A stretch of DNA of 64,000 nucleotides from the human T2T-CHM13v2.0 reference genome, Homo sapiens: assembly GCF_009914755.1 (NCBI RefSeq), contig NC_060931.1. One strand, 5' to 3'. A program made the position numbers and the translations under genes. Below are positions 1-17,216 of the stretch, one piece after another (within the stretch, counting starts at the first letter, position 1; each line of letters begins with the position of its first letter). The notes below the pieces were generated by a model. The model saw only the letters and a program-made list of their open reading frames with translations. It was not told the origin of the DNA and did no database searches.

Positions 1-562
1 AATGGAGCTTGCAGTACTTGAAGTTTCTCTGAGTGAGTCAGTGACTGAGTGGTGAGTGAAGGCCTAGGACATTACTGTACACTACTGTAGATTTTATAAA
101 TGCTGTACACTCAAGCTACACTACATTTATAAAAATATTATCTTTAATTAATAATAAATTAACCTTAACTTACTGTAACTTTTCTAGTTTATACACTTTT
201 AATTTTCAACTTTTTGACCGTTTTGTAATAATATAACTTAAAACACAAACACATTGTACAGCTGTACAAAAATATTATCTTTTAAAATATATTTATGCTA
301 TAAGCCTTTTTCCTAAAATTTTCTTTAATTACTTTTGTTAAAAATTAAGACACAAACATATACATTAACCTACGTCTACCCAGGGTCAGGATCATTGATA
401 ACACTGTCTTCTACCTCTATGTCTTGTCCCACTGGAGGATCTTCAGGGACAACAACAGGCATGGAGCTGTCATCTCTTATGATAATAACGTCTTTTTCTG
501 GAATACCTCCTGAAGGACCTGACTGAGGCTGTTCTACAGTTAACTTTTTAAAAATATAAGTA

Positions 563-1326
<764 letters not shown>

Positions 1327-1906
1327 AAAAGGAGTATACTTTCTAATAATAAGTATAGTAAGTACATAAACCAGTAACACAGTTGTTTATTATTATCAAG
1401 TATTATGTACTATATGTAATTGTATGTAGTATACTTTTATATGACTGGCAACACAATGGGCTTCTTTACACCAGTGTCACCAAGAATGCTGTAATGTTAT
1501 AATGGATACAATGTCACTAGGTGATAGGAATTTTTCAGCCCCATTATAATCTTGTGAGACCACCATATATGCTGTTCATTGTTGACTGAAAGGTCCTTTA
1601 TGCAGCGCATGACTGTTTTATTAACTGTGTTATGTACAGTAAGTGCAAAGACAGAGAGAATGTGGCAAATGTTGGTAAGGTGTTTATAGCATGATGGTGC
1701 CCCCATCACGTCCCCCTGGCCTGCTTTTGATGTTAGCTGCAGCCATAGTGTACAGTTCTGTGCAGGCACAGACATCTATCACATACCAGTGTCACCCCTC
1801 AAGAGTGCATTGTATTCTGCTTCAGGGCCTTCTCTGGAGTTATAGAAGCTCACTCAGACCACATCCAAATGCAGCCCTCTTGGGTACTGGGAAGTTAATG
1901 TATTGA

Positions 1907-2302
<396 letters not shown>

Positions 2303-2816
2303 TAGTAGACAATTCTTAAATCATTCCTGTGAGTCCTGGTCAAATCGAGCCCCTGGTGCTACAGCACTTAGTTCAGTAATAAACCCTTTTATTGGCTTTT
2401 CTTCCTTCCCTATCCTTCTCTACTGCCTGATAGCACATTTACTTAGAGATTGTCTTCTTCTTCAGAATATTAGCTCCATAAGGACAGGGGCTTTGTTTAG
2501 TATCTCAAAGTGTTCCAGGGAAAGACTGGTGAATAAATATTTATTGAATAAATTAATAAAGACATATGACAGCAAAGAAGAAAATAGCTGAATTTAAAAC
2601 TTTAAAGGAATAAACTCATACTCTCATGTTGTAGAAATGCATTGATGCCTGCAAGATTAATCCTTTCTCTGTCATTTTGGACTACAAACAGGTAAACTTG
2701 AAATCTAACTGGTTGATGGATAAAGAACTATATGATACTGTCATATTTTGTATATGAGAACATTGAGCCTCAGGTAGACCAAGGACTTGGGCAAGACAGA
2801 AGAGAATGGATGAGGC

Positions 2817-3290
2817 TGTGGCAGGTTGAATAATGCTCATCCAAAGTTATCAAGTCCTGATCCCTGGAACTTTGGATATTATTTTGTTTGGAAAAAGGGT
2901 CTTTGTAGATGTCATTAAGTTAAAAATCTTGAGATGAGGAGACAACTCTGCATTATGTGGGTGGGCCCTAAATGCCACCATATATGTCCTTAGAGGAGCA
3001 AAGGGAGATGACACAGACACATAGAGGAGGAGACACATAGAGGAGAAGATAAGGTGAATTTGGAGCAGAGGGGGCTGCAGCCACAGCTAAGGACAGCTGC
3101 CACAGGTTAAAGGAGGCAAGGAATGGAACTCCCTCTAGAGAGTGCATCCCTGCCAACACCTTGATTTTAGACTTCTGTCCTATAGAACTAATGCATAAAT
3201 ACTATCTAATATAGAAAACAAATACTATCTATTGTTTTAAGCCACCCAGTTTGTGGTAATTTGTTATGGCAGCTCTAGGAAACTAGTACA
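2817..3290 (+). mobile_element. MaLR solo LTR (MLT1C-like)
   Basis: tgtggcaggttgaataat...ggaaaaagggtctttgtagatg...ttgttttaagccacccagtttgtggtaatttgttatggcagc...aaactagtaca; TG...CA ends. Confidence 0.85.
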
Positions 3291-3744
3291 GAGGCCCAAT
3301 AAATTTGTGAACTCTCACTTTGAAGAGTCTCAGAAAAAAACAAAATTTCACCAGAGTCAGCAGTCCACCTTGTTAGCATCTTCAGGTCCTTGGCGAGATT
3401 CCTTTATGGAAAACTATCCTTTTTTCCCTTTCAAATAGTCTTCATGAAAGACCAGTTAGAGGCAGGGAAGAAGCTCTAGTGGTCTTTGACTCACTAGTCA
3501 TGCCCTCCAGTGACCATCTTAGAAGGGAGTCAGGGGTGATCATCCAGGCACCACCATGTTAGAGCTTGGTGCATATTAAGTCTTCTTTCACTCTCCCTCC
3601 AGCATATATACAACCAAACACACCACATTTTACACACCCCCCAACTCTCCCCAAACACACCACATTACAGTACAACATGCACACATGTATGTGCACACAC
3701 AGCTGTGCTAATAGCAATAACAATGTGCCACTAAGAAATATCTT

Positions 3745-4190
3745 GTAACAACCCAAATGCCTATCGATAGATGAATGGATAAACAAATTGTGGTGTATCA
3801 TATAATAGAAGGCCACTCACCAATGGAAAGGAATAAACCACCATTACGTACAATAGCATGGATGAATCTTAACAATATTATGTTGAGTAGAAGTAACCAG
3901 ACATACAATGTACATGCTGTCTGACTCTATTTATATGAAATTGTAGAATAGATAAAACTAATCTATAACAAGAGTGGATTAGTGGTAGCCTGGGGCTGGG
4001 GAATGGGAGATTGATTGCAAGAGAGTATGAATGAGCTTTTGGTGGGATGGAAATGCTCTATATCTAGGTTGCAGGGTTGATTAGTTGGTTACATGGTTGT
4101 ACACTTTATCAAAACTCATAGAACTTGTACATATAATGTAGTTGCATTTTATTGTATGTAAATTATACCTTGATAAAACTAACCTAAGAA
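3745..4190 (+). mobile_element. Old L1 (L1MC/ME-like) 3' end
   Basis: aacaacccaaatgcctatc...gaatggataaacaaattgtgg...tgtatgtaaattatacct. Confidence 0.75.
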
Positions 4191-5447
4191 AGAAAAGTAA
4201 AAGATACTTTGTGCCACTTTTGGCATGGATGATCTAGCTAAATTATGTTGTGTGAAAGTCCAAATATTTTATGTCAGGAAATACTATTTCCTCATATATT
4301 ATAAGTTATTGGTATAAAAACACAAAACATTAGGTGATTAGAAATATCCATTCCTCTTCTTTCACTCTCCCTCCAGCTTATACATGACTAAAGACAGTAA
4401 CAATACGTTTAAAAAATGCTCCTAAATTAGGAAACTTTCTACATGTAAATTCAAGTTTGGATTGTTGATAAAGTTTGAATAGAGGGCTGTTTTTTAAGCG
4501 TCCAAATAAAGTTTATCATAGGCTTGAAAACATCCATGATTTTTGGAAATGTAAATTGTGGCCCACTCATGACATTTTAAAGGTACTTTTAGTCATTTTG
4601 CCTGCAGGAAAGATGGGTATATATAACACATTTCCAAATGTTTTTTCGTATGTCTCAACTTTTAATGTTTATTATAAGAGAAGAAATTGTGACTCTCAAG
4701 CTATTCATTTCTGTCAGTACCAATATGCTTTTAATAGCACGTTAATATACACCATTCCAAAACAAAAGAGGTCCATAGGATGTATCTCCTGTTATATATA
4801 AAACTGTCAGCTCAATTCAAGCAATCACAAGGCATAAAATGTGACCCACCAAGAAAAACTACCAAAATCCAGTCACTCGGTAGACATTTTTGTTTCAAGT
4901 AGAAACTCCAGGATCTTGAAATAAATGTAATTAGTTCAAGCCTTTTCTCAACTAAGTCCAAGAAAAAGGTGATTAGAGAAATGTATCATATTCCCTTCTG
5001 CGTAGGGAACGGAATACAGTTGCTTGGAAAGTTACCAAAGAAGTTGAAGACACAGTTCATTTTTGGGCCACAGTTTAAAGGTAAAATAGAAAACAGGAGA
5101 TACCTATTTTATGTTTTCCTTTAATAGGAAGTCCAGTGCTCCATAATTCTAAATGGCTGTGGGTAAGGATGCTGCTAAGGGCCATTTCTCGTGGACACTA
5201 GAGATCTGTCCTGGAAACTCAATGGATAAAAAGGATGGAGCCAGCCAACAGCAGTGATGATTCTTTCATACAACTACTCTCTGATTTCTTCTCAGCACTG
5301 TAGATTGGGGGCTGAGGCTCATGCTCCATTAATCACTTCTCCCGTTCCCCCCTCCCTCTCTCAGCCCTGCTGCCATGATATCTGGCAGAATGGTGGCATT
5401 TTTGAGTGCATTAGAGCAAGTCATAAGTTTCTTGTTCCTTCCTCCAA

Positions 5448-6285
5448 GCTTTATTGAGGTATAATTGACAAAAATGGTATATATTCAAGGTGTACCATGT
5501 TTTGATATACATACTCTTGATATAGACATACATTATGTAATAATTACTGCAATAAAATTAAACAACATATCCATCACCATACATGTGTGTATGTGTGTGT
5601 GTGTGGTGAGTGAGGACATTTAAGATCTACTTTTAGTAAATTTCAAGTAAACAATATGGAATTATTATTAAGTATAGTTACCATGCTGTTTATCAGATTC
5701 CCAAAATTTATTAATTTTATAACAGAAAGTTTGTATCCTTTGATCAACACTTCCCCATTTTCTCCATGCCTCAGCATCTGGCAACCACTACTCTATCCTC
5801 TGCTTCTATGAGTTCAACTTTCTTGGATTCCTCATATAAGTGAGATTATGCATTTTTCTTTCTGTGTCTGGCTTATTTCACTTAGCATAATGTCCTCCTA
5901 GTTTATCCATGTTGTCACAAGTGACAGAATTTCCTTCTTTTTCATGGTTGAATAATATTCCATTGTGTATATGCCACATTTTTTTAAATCCATTCATCTA
6001 TCCATGGACACTTAGGTTGTTTCCATATGTTGGCAATTGTGAATAAAGCTGCAGTAAACGTTAAGAGTGCAGATATCTCTTCAACATACTGATTTCATTT
6101 GCTTTGGATATATACCCAGAAGTGGGATTGCTAGATCATATGGTAGTTCTATTTTTATTTTTTGAGGAAACTCCATACTTCTTTCCATAATGGCTGTACT
6201 AATTTACATTCCTACCAACAGTGTACAATGGTTCCCCTTTCTCCACATCTTCACCAACACTTGTTATAGCTTGTCTTTTTTATTC
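5448..6285 (-). mobile_element. L1MA (MA8/9-like) 3' fragment
   Basis: ctttattgaggtataattgac...cccagaagtgggattgctagatcatatggtagttct... Confidence 0.85.
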
Positions 6286-7258
6286 TTGTTTACATGTGTG
6301 TTCTCGTTGATGAAAAAAGGTGCAACTCATGAAATACATATATGTTGAGTGAATGAACAAATGGTGAGAACTACAAATGAACAAATGCTTCTGCATAAAC
6401 ATAAAATAAACCATCAGTGTAATTCATATTATGGGAAACAATAAAGTCATGTATGAGGGTGGGCAGTGGTGGAGGTTAGGGCAATGTGGAGAGGTTAGGG
6501 GCGCCTACATTATGTGTAAGACTAGACTAGATAAGAGGAGAAAGCAAGAATAAAGAGGCTAATATTACATTTTAGATTCCCGAACTTCTGTCATAGAGGT
6601 ATGCTACCATGACAGTAGGTTATTTTTTATCTGAATGAACTAGTTGCCTGGGAGAATAAATGACAATTAGATGAGTCTGTTCCCTCACCATATTCATACT
6701 CTACTTACATAAGAGTTTTTCCTAGTTTTTCAAGGAAGCTGAAGATTGGAGGTTTCAAAAAGTAGCCGATCAAAGCTATTCTGATGTTCATTGCCATGAA
6801 GTATGTAAAGTCTGACTACTTACTTCATGATTTATCACTAAAGTTTGTCAGTAAGTACAAGTCTATGTTTAAATGATGTTAGTTATATTGACAACCTAAT
6901 GGTGGAAAGCAGTAGTAACTGCAATTCTTTAATTACCTTCAACTATATCCATGTATTTAATAGTAAGGTCACCATTGAATTCACAATATATAAGTAGAAA
7001 ATTGATGAATTATATTCTGTTGGTTCTGTGAATTTTTGTTCTGATAGTGAGTCCATGTAGCAGCCTCTGGTCAGTGACCTTTCTGGAAAGTGTTGGTTCT
7101 ATGTGTACACATAATAGTGTGAGTATAGGGCCCAGTTGTTTCATGCTTAATCAGTTCCTTGTTCAATTTAAACTGACCAGACATTGTGGAGTTTCAGATC
7201 CATAGATTTATTATACCAATTTTGTATATATACATTTTCCCTTTTAATAGAGAAGTAG

Positions 7259-7670
<412 letters not shown>

Positions 7671-8487
7671 AGCTATGTTTTTAAATAGAGCAATTAGGTA
7701 ACATAAATTGCAGATAGTGTATAAGAAATAACTCACTGTAATTGAATGTCATATGTATATTTATATGGCACATTATGTACCTATCAGTCGACAATACGGC
7801 CAACTAGTACATCACATGGGTCACAAATATTGCATTTAGAACAGACAATAATGGAGTAGGAGCCTTGTAAAACATGGTATGCTTTCATTAATGCTTAAAA
7901 TGAAACAACTTTCCAATATGTGATCAGTCACTGAAATCAATACTAAAAAGAGTTTCTCACTTTTTGTCTAGCTAGTATGTTTAGGGATATTTTATATTTA
8001 ACATTTTAATTTTTAAATAAATATATGACTATATAATAACCAGTGAGATGGATTTGATGAGAAACCACATCCATTAAACAAATTAGATAACTGGAAAAAT
8101 GTTTTATTTCTTTCTGAAATGCTCTTTTAGTCCAGAAGTGTTACCTTTTCTTCCCAATAGTTTCTGTTACAAATCCCATTTGCTCAGCTGACATTGACAC
8201 AGTCTTATTCTGGTAAAATGACCAGCTTCTCTTTATGGCAAGATATAGCAGGTTCAACTTGCTAACTTCCTGACCTTTGAATTCTCTAATTTTCTTCACC
8301 TTCTCCTTCATTATTTACTAACTGCCTTTAGCAATCTATATTCTCTGTACAGAATTTCTCCAAAAATAGGAATCCTTTCAGAATGAAAATTTTGCACTTG
8401 CAACTCTAAAATATTCCTTTAGAGTATGTTTAATTAATACCCCCCTCAACACACACCCCGTATTTTCTTGCTCAAAATCCCAGTGGG

Positions 8488-8893
<406 letters not shown>

Positions 8894-9403
8894 TCAAAAT
8901 AAACTTGGGATCTATTCTTAACTCACCTAAGTACTTCAACCCATTAAAGGAAGCCCATTGGAGTGCAGGTAGCACAGGAAAGAGGAACATCATGTATTTG
9001 ATAAACCTGGCTACCTCATTTCTGGTGAGAGTCAGGCCTTTTGGAGCTTGGATAAATCAGAATCTGCAAAGAACGGAGGCAATAGTATTTTACAGGTGGT
9101 GGGATCAAAAGCTTTCTCCTCTAGGGAAAAATTGCTCTATTATTTTCCATTTCTAGCCTCAGGGTTAGAATTCAGATTGATGCTCCCATGAGTGTAGTCC
9201 AGCCAGAGCCTTCTGTAAAAAGGATTTTACTTAGTTCATTCCTTTATGTAATTTTGGGCCTCCAGTGGTGGCTTCAAATTTTTGGATCTCAATAGAGCAA
9301 CTGCAGAAACATCCCTGGGATGTACAATTGTCTCTTAGAGTATTTTAACTTTCAACCCCCTGGTACATATAGACTTATGGGCTATTACAGAAAATCCTTG
9401 AAA

Positions 9404-9413
9404 TGTGTTTGTG

Positions 9414-9457
<44 letters not shown>
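9404..9457. repeat. (TG)n(AG)n compound microsatellite
   Basis: Read directly. Confidence 0.95.
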
Positions 9458-11261
9458 CCAGAGACGAGTAAATAAACCTCCACTTTGTTAAGATATGAAA
9501 CTACAAGCATTTAAATTATTTCTACATGTGTCTGTATCTCCATTTACATTGAGTAAATTATGAAAATTATGACTGAATTAATTTGCTCTAAACTCCAAAT
9601 TTGTATTCAGTAGAGATGATGTGCACTTGCAATCTGTGTCATACCTTTGTATATGTGACTTTAAATATATCCTCCTAAAATTAACAAAATATGAACATAG
9701 TAATTGCCTCCTGGATAAGCTCACACATTACAATATTAGGCTTCTATATAAAAACTTCTGAAGGATTTTTCCTCCCTTTCTTAATGATAAAAAATCAGAC
9801 TACTGGAGAAGACTATCAAGAAAGGAGTCTTCATTCTATCCACCAGATGTACACGTTAGGGGATGCCTGCTGCCAAGCACAAAGTATGCCTTATATCCAA
9901 GTGTCCAGACAAGGGTCCTGTCATTAACAAGATTTGGGCCCAGCACTAATCATTTATTTATAATTGATGAGAAAGTTAAAACAATCGTTACTCATTTCAA
10001 GGCCCCAAAGTGGCAGACCTGTTGTGTAGCTCAAAAATGGAGGGCTTGACCAGGTAACGTGTTCTAATTATGCCTGCTCAAGATGAGGTCAAAATATATC
10101 TGGTAAGTGTGTAAGAAGGTGTCATTTATTCAGTGTTTTCCAAGTGCCAGGCACCGTGCTATATCCTGTCAAGTATAAATTGTTACTTACTTTTTATAGT
10201 GAAGAAAATAGTCCTAGAGTGCTTGAGTGATTTGTCCAATAACCGATTACTTATAAGTGACAGAGAAGTAGGGTTCAGTCTTGGACTGCATGATTCCAAA
10301 CTTGTGCTCATAATTGCTTCACTCCAACAGCCCATTGAAGTTATAAAATTTGTTAGGAAGTTGATGAAGCAGAAATACCCTCACCTCTCTGAAAAAATGA
10401 CTATGCTCTCTTATTATGAAAGCAAGAACAAGTGGTCATGAATAAAATCTACATGGTTGTTTTCATAGGCTTTACAGTAATTTTAGATTGACTATATTCT
10501 AGTTGATTTAATTAATATACTCCTCTGAGCAAAGTTGAAATTAACCTCCCAACTAGGTTTCTTAGAAAGTTATGAAATTTAAAAACGTAAGGAAAAATGT
10601 TAAAGATCACGTGGCTGGATCCTCTTGCTTTATAGAGTAAATGTTTTAGGAGTTTCTGTTTGGTTATAACCCATGTGAGATCACCTAAGAGTCTGCTGCT
10701 GTGTGTTTCTATTTCTATGCTGTCGGTGAGGAGATTGTCACCTTTATTGGGAGTCAATATATAATTGTGATGCATCTGAGAGACTCATCGAAAGGAAGTG
10801 AAAATCTATAGTTAGTGGGAGGAATTAACATGAATCTGCTTTTTTATTTATATTGAGTCCATCAAAATCATGACTGAATTAATTTTCTGTATACTCCACA
10901 TGCCTACCACAGTGAAGCCAGTATATTTACAGCCCATATCATACTTTTTTTGTATGTGAATTTAATTTCATCACCTTTTTCTAGCTCACTAATTTTCCAA
11001 CTTCTTCAAGTATAAGAATCTTTCTAAAAAAATCAAAGCATTACTGGAATTTCTACATGATAATAGTAATATTTTTAGCATTCACTAACTCAGTAAATAC
11101 ACAATTTCAATAACTTTTAAATAAATTTGTATTTCATGAATGTCAGAAGCATCTCCACACATTTGAGAAGCGGTAGTACACACATGTAAAGGAACTATTT
11201 GTTCAGTATGTAGACAATACCTGATGTGATTATGGATTCTTTTCAATTGCTGTAATTCCAC

Positions 11262-12290
11262 TTCATTCATTCATTCACAACATTAACTTTTCATTTAACA
11301 TATGTTGACAGCACATGCCAGATACCATGTTAGGCAGTGGACATGCAGCAGAGGCTAGATAGGCAGGTTCCTGAATTCTTGAAGCTCAGAACATAACATG
11401 TGTGATGGAGAAAATTTAAAGGATACTAAGAGGGCATTAGTACTGGTACTTGGCCTAGTTTAGAGGTCAAGCAATGCTTCTTGAGTTGATGACTCATCTG
11501 AGACTGGAAGGATGAGCAAGTTTTAGGAAGGTTATAGGAGAATGGGCATTGTGCTAAGACAGCCAGTGCCCATAGACCTAACTCCAGTTCAGACCCACTT
11601 CCTATGGAGTAGGAGAAGAAGAAAATTTTATATATATATATAAAATTTTATATTTTATATGTAATATAATACATAATATTATATTATATTATATATAATG
11701 CTGTCTTTATTCTCCATTAAATGAATGAAGTGTAATACTAGAGACCAGGAGAAAACATTCAGCAAGGCCATCCATGGTGAAGGTGTGGAGTTATCAAAAA
11801 GGACGTACATTACAGAAATTCTTATAGCAATAGGACTTGCAGTATGGATGCACTCAGAGTCCATGAGCTCCAGGCCCATCACACGTGCTTCCTCCCGGGG
11901 TAAAGGCCTGCTTTCCGAGTCCCACCAGGGCCTTGCTGAATCTCTCTCAGAGGAGGAGTCTGGCCTTTCCTTCAAACACCTGGGAGAGCTCTCATGCAGA
12001 CATTCATTTGTTCACAAATGTTTACAAAGTTCCTACTACGTGCTAGGCACTCTTCTAGACAATGGGGATATATCAAAAATCTTACTTTTAAAGTTTAAAT
12101 TCTAGTAGGTAGGCAGACATAAATAAATATAAGACATTTCAGATGGTGATAAGTGCTATGAAGATAAAACAGTAAGCAGGATCAAGAGATGGGTGGGTGA
12201 TGCTATTCTGTATAAAGTGTGCAGGTTAGGTGTCTCTTTCCAAATGACATTTCTGCTGAGACCCAGAGAAAGTAAGAGAGTCCCATCATT
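11262..12290 (-). mobile_element. Two L2 3' fragments (~11262-11560 and ~12001-12290)
   Basis: ttcattcattcattc and cattcatttgttcac termini followed by L2-like text (cctactacgtgctaggcact, gtgataagtgctatgaag). Confidence 0.6.
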
Positions 12291-12677
12291 ACATGTCCAT
12301 ATTTTTCCACACCCTATCAAGTCAGAAAGAGTAATGTGACACCTTCTGTTTCTATTGTAAGGCCTAACCTCTAAGGTCACATTTTCTGCCCATGATTTGC
12401 TGCTTTGTAGGGTGACTGATGATGTTAATATTTATTCAATTCAAGAGAAATCTTAAAGCAGAAACTATTTTGTGAGGGCCTTTTGGCCCTATACAGCCTC
12501 TAACAAATCTCTCAGCTTGGTACAGTAGTTTCAAAAGTTTGATGGCATCTATAATAAGTTATGATAACCTTTGCTACTTTAAGGACAATTTTTTGATCTC
12601 ATAGTATAGTTTTATTTATTTTTCCAGTGTTATGGTCTCCCAAGAAGAATGTGGAACAAATATCTTGGAACATACAT

Positions 12678-13064
12678 GTTAGTCATTAGGGATGCTCAAA
12701 AATGAAATTTCTCTCACTCCAGCTTTATTGGTAAAATTGTTTTTCCCCGCCTATTTGAACTCAGCCTTGGCCATGAGATTTCTTTTGGACAATAAAATGT
12801 GAGCTGAGATGATTGATGTATGCCGCTTCCAGGAAGAAGCTTTAAGAGCCATTTCATATTTCACCATGTTTTCCCCATGCCTCTGAGATTATGGAGAGTA
12901 TGTGTTGAGAAAGAGTCTTCTGTTAGCTGGGTTCCTAAGTGGTAATATTGAGTTGGGGTCCCTGGCTTGCCTATAATAGTGTGAACAAGAAATAAACTTT
13001 GTTGTTTAAACTCACTAAGATTTGGGTGTTTGTTGAGGCAGTTACATTTACTGGCTGATTCAAC
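12678..13064 (+). mobile_element. MaLR LTR (MLT1I-like)
   Basis: ggccatgagatttcttttggacaataaaatgtgagc...gaagctttaagagcca...aagaaataaactttgttgttt...taagatttgggtgtttgtt. Confidence 0.7.
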
Positions 13065-13468
13065 AGAGTAGAGCGTGTTCTCGTTCCATGCACAAGGGTA
13101 GGAGTGGCCACTTTGCCATTTACCTGTAAAAGGTTTCCACTGAGCCAGGAGCAATATCATCCATGAAAAGATGAGATGGCGGTGTAGCTAGGCAAGAACT
13201 GGAGAAGACCAGGAGAAACTGGGTCTTACATCAAGCTGAAGACATTGAAATGATATCAATGGTCTTTAACCACCAAGATGGGAAAACAAATGGGGTGACT
13301 ATTAGGATGTCAGTAAGGTCAGACATGTAAGAAACCCTAGGCATGTGGCAGAATATTTCTTTTATATAGTATCTGATAATCTTTGCTACAGGATTAGAGT
13401 GGCAAGTAAAAGCACTGGTGAGGGATGGACAAATAACATTCTTCTCTAATGCAACCCATGCCCCAGTA

Positions 13469-13962
13469 TGTGATACTTGGTTGACTACATTTGCTCCTCC
13501 TGAAGCACTCTACATCCTTTTTAATGCTATTCTTTGCACTGGGACTCTGAGCTATATGAGTTTCCTTGTCCCCTGGCTGCTAATTAAGTTTGGGCAATGG
13601 GAGAGTCCATCAGAAGATCAAGAATAAAAGGACAGTGAAGCAGAAATATGTAGTGTACTGGCTGTATTGCTGCTAAGTTGCTGTGGGTTGGTTACATCCC
13701 TCTACCCAAAGCCACAGCTTGTCACATGGACTCTCTCTAGACAGCCATTTTCCCAGGGGAGAAGTAATTGGTCCCTCTTATTGTCCCTTCTGGCTGAAAT
13801 ACAGTAGAAGCACTCTGCTCTTTCTGGCTGTGAATAGTGCACCTTCCCTTGTTAGTTCCCCTGAGCCTGCTCACACTTTTGTAAATGGTTCCTTTAATAA
13901 ATTACCCTTAATTACTCCATCAGACAGTGCCATTTTGTTTCCTACTAGGGGTCTGACTACTA
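13469..13962 (+). mobile_element. ERVL LTR (LTR33-like)
   Basis: ttccttgtcccctggctg...tttgggcaatgggagagtccatcagaagatca...cacacttttgtaaatggttcctttaataaa. Confidence 0.65.
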
Positions 13963-15526
13963 GAGGTACCTATTTTCTTATCTCTTCAACTTTTCTTTCT
14001 TCATCTATTTTTTTCCAGTGCAATCACTGGGGGCAGTCTTTATCTTCATTCTCAAAAGACTCATAGTTCTCAAAGTGAAATTCATCCTTTATTCTGAGGA
14101 CTTTCATGGTTTTCATGCATATAAGGACTCTCTGTGTTGTGCCTGAGTATCACAAAAGTTTTGAAGTGGGAATTAGGCCCTTACTGAGACCCTTCATGTA
14201 TTCTTTTAATTTCCATTTAGAGTTTTAAATGCCTAAGTAAAAAGTAGTTGTAGAAAAATTAGAAATTACAGATAATTATTATAACTAATCATTGTCAACA
14301 TTTATAGGCAGGGCATACTCTACATTGACTACTCTTGGTGTTTTATTAATACATGTATCAATTAGAAAAAATCTAAATACTGTATATAGAGAGACAAAGA
14401 ATTTTGTTGTATATCTTTTGATTTTTCTTATGCAATAAGGCACAGTTATTTTTTTAACAAAAATAAGAACTTGTTAGGTGTATTATTCTGTAATCTAATT
14501 TTTTTCACCTCAAATACATGTTATCATTTCTCCAGGCCTATGTGATCTGCAACATGATCTACATCATCACTTTTAACAAAAGCAAAATATTGCATTTTAT
14601 ATTGTATATGTGCATTCTGCTATTGTTGGATATAACAGTTGTTTTTAGTTTTTCGCTGTCGTGAACAAACTGATGAAAAACATCCTTGTATATAAATCTT
14701 TGGCACATTTCTGATTACTTCTTTAGAATAAATTCTAGTGCCTGGAATTACAAGGTCAAAGGATGTAAACATTTTAAGACCTTTGAAATTACTCTAAAGA
14801 ACATTACTGAGAGTTGTATCAATTTCTACTTACGTCAGTAGCGTAATAGTGTTTCTATATACCTTACCCAAACAGGTTATCGTTGTTAGTATTAGTCTTT
14901 CCTAATAATAATAATAGTAGTTGAAAAATATCTTGTAGCATTTCTTTAGTTGCTATTGTGACTGAGAACATTTAATGTGTTTATTATCATTTATGTGTTG
15001 AAATGTCTCAATGCGTTTTGCCTATTTTTTCATTAGAATGTTTGTATTATTGAATATCTGTTTATTTTTAACTCAAGTTACACTACACATAATTTAGGGA
15101 GTCACTAGCTGTAAAGTTTGTTAATGAAGACAGTAGTGCCCATTCCTCCTGACCTCCATTTCCTTTTCCCTAGAGGCAACCACTTTTAATACTTTGAGTT
15201 GATTTTTCTTGTACTTATCTCTACATTTCTAAAACATGTGATTCAATTGATTTTCCACTATGGAATATGAAGATTCAGCTCTTTTTCTCATTATTCTCTC
15301 CCCTCCAGCAGGTGAATTCTCATTTTTCCATTCTCATAATATAGCTACAGCTTTATTTTGGTTAAATTAAGATTCAATTGTTTCTTACAGATACACATTT
15401 TTGGAGAAGAACCATGTTAAACTATGATTTCTTTCCATTTTTGCACAACTATTTTGTTTCCCTTGGATTAAACATCTTTTTTTTTAAATAGCCTTTTTCG
15501 CTTGTTTATTTGCTTGGTTTGTAATA

Positions 15527-15908
15527 TTATGAGCTATGAACGATTTGCGAATCAGGCAGCCCCCAGAATCACGGCCGATTCTCAGAGACTCCTGGGGTGC
15601 CTCGTGGTCAGAAGAAATTTGTAGACAAAAAGGCAAAGTGATGTACAGAAATCAGAAGTGAGGTACAGAAACAGCAAGATTGGTTACAGCTCAGCGTTTG
15701 CCTTATTTGAACAGAGTTTGAACATTCAGAAGTCTGAGTGGTTGAAGTATGGCCACTGGGTTTGGCCAACACTCAGCTATTGTTACTGGTGCATACTATT
15801 AAGTTAGGTTTTCAATTTTGTCTATTAAGCTAGGTTACAGTTCATCCACGAGGACTCAAATATAGAACTACTAAGTCCTTCTCAGACCATATTTAATTTG
15901 CTTTAATA
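15527..15908 (-). mobile_element. ERV1 solo LTR (MER57A-like)
   Basis: Reverse complement begins tattaaagcaaattaaatatggtctgagaaggac...ctatatttgagtcctcgtggatgaactgtaacctagcttaata. Confidence 0.8.
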
Positions 15909-16779
15909 GTTATTAATTAATAACAACCCCAAATTATATTTCCAAGTTTTTATTCTCATTTATATTAGATATTCTATCAAATTAATCTTCCTGAAAAAGT
16001 CTTTCCTGGAACGTTATAACCTACACCAATATGGACTGGTAGCACAGATGGTGTCTCAGCATCTCCTTATAGTCTCATCCATATGATTTCTTTCATTTTT
16101 CTTTTGTGTTGCATTTCTTATTTCCTATACCTCAAATCTCTCATTATTTGTTTACTCCCTCATTTCTGATGCAGTGCATCCTTTGTATTTTCCAGAGTGA
16201 GGGGGCATGAGGTTAAAATTTTAGATTTTACTGGTCTGATAATGTCTTTATTTCCACCTTCCCACTTGGCTGGATCATTGGCGGGATAGAGAATTCTGGG
16301 CCAGAAATAACTTCACAAGAATTTTGAAGAATTGCTTCCAGTTTCTAATCTGAAGCTATTCTTTCTCCTAATCATTTGACTATGATCTGCTTTTTTTTTC
16401 CTCTGGACACTTATGGGATCTCTTTGTTTCCACTATTTTGAAATTTTGCAATAATATGTCTTGTTGGAGATTCACTTATAAAATCTAGTGTTGAGAACTT
16501 GATGGGTCAGTTAATTTGGACACATACAACTTTTTAAAATAATTTCTTTCCTACTCTTCTCCCGCCTCAGTGCTTTCTCTTTGATTTTCCTATTATTTGG
16601 CTGTTGGATTCTCTGGGCTTTCTCATTTTATCTTTTTCCCAGTTTGTTTATTTCTCCATGTCGTTTTTCATGTTTATTTTCCTTCTTTTTTATTTTTAAT
16701 CTCTTTTGGTTGATTTCCTCAAATTTATCTTCCAATTGTGATCTTCTAATGAATTAAAAATATGTTGTTAGATTTTTAA

Positions 16780-17080
<301 letters not shown>

Positions 17081-17216
17081 TAGATTTTTAATTTAAATAT
17101 CTCTTTTTTTTTTTTCGGTTCTCTGAGTGTTTCTCTGTTTATAGCATGCGGCTCTCACTGTGGCTCTAATGATTGATTGTCTTAGGATTAGTTACCGCCC
17201 ATTGCCAGTCAGGCTT

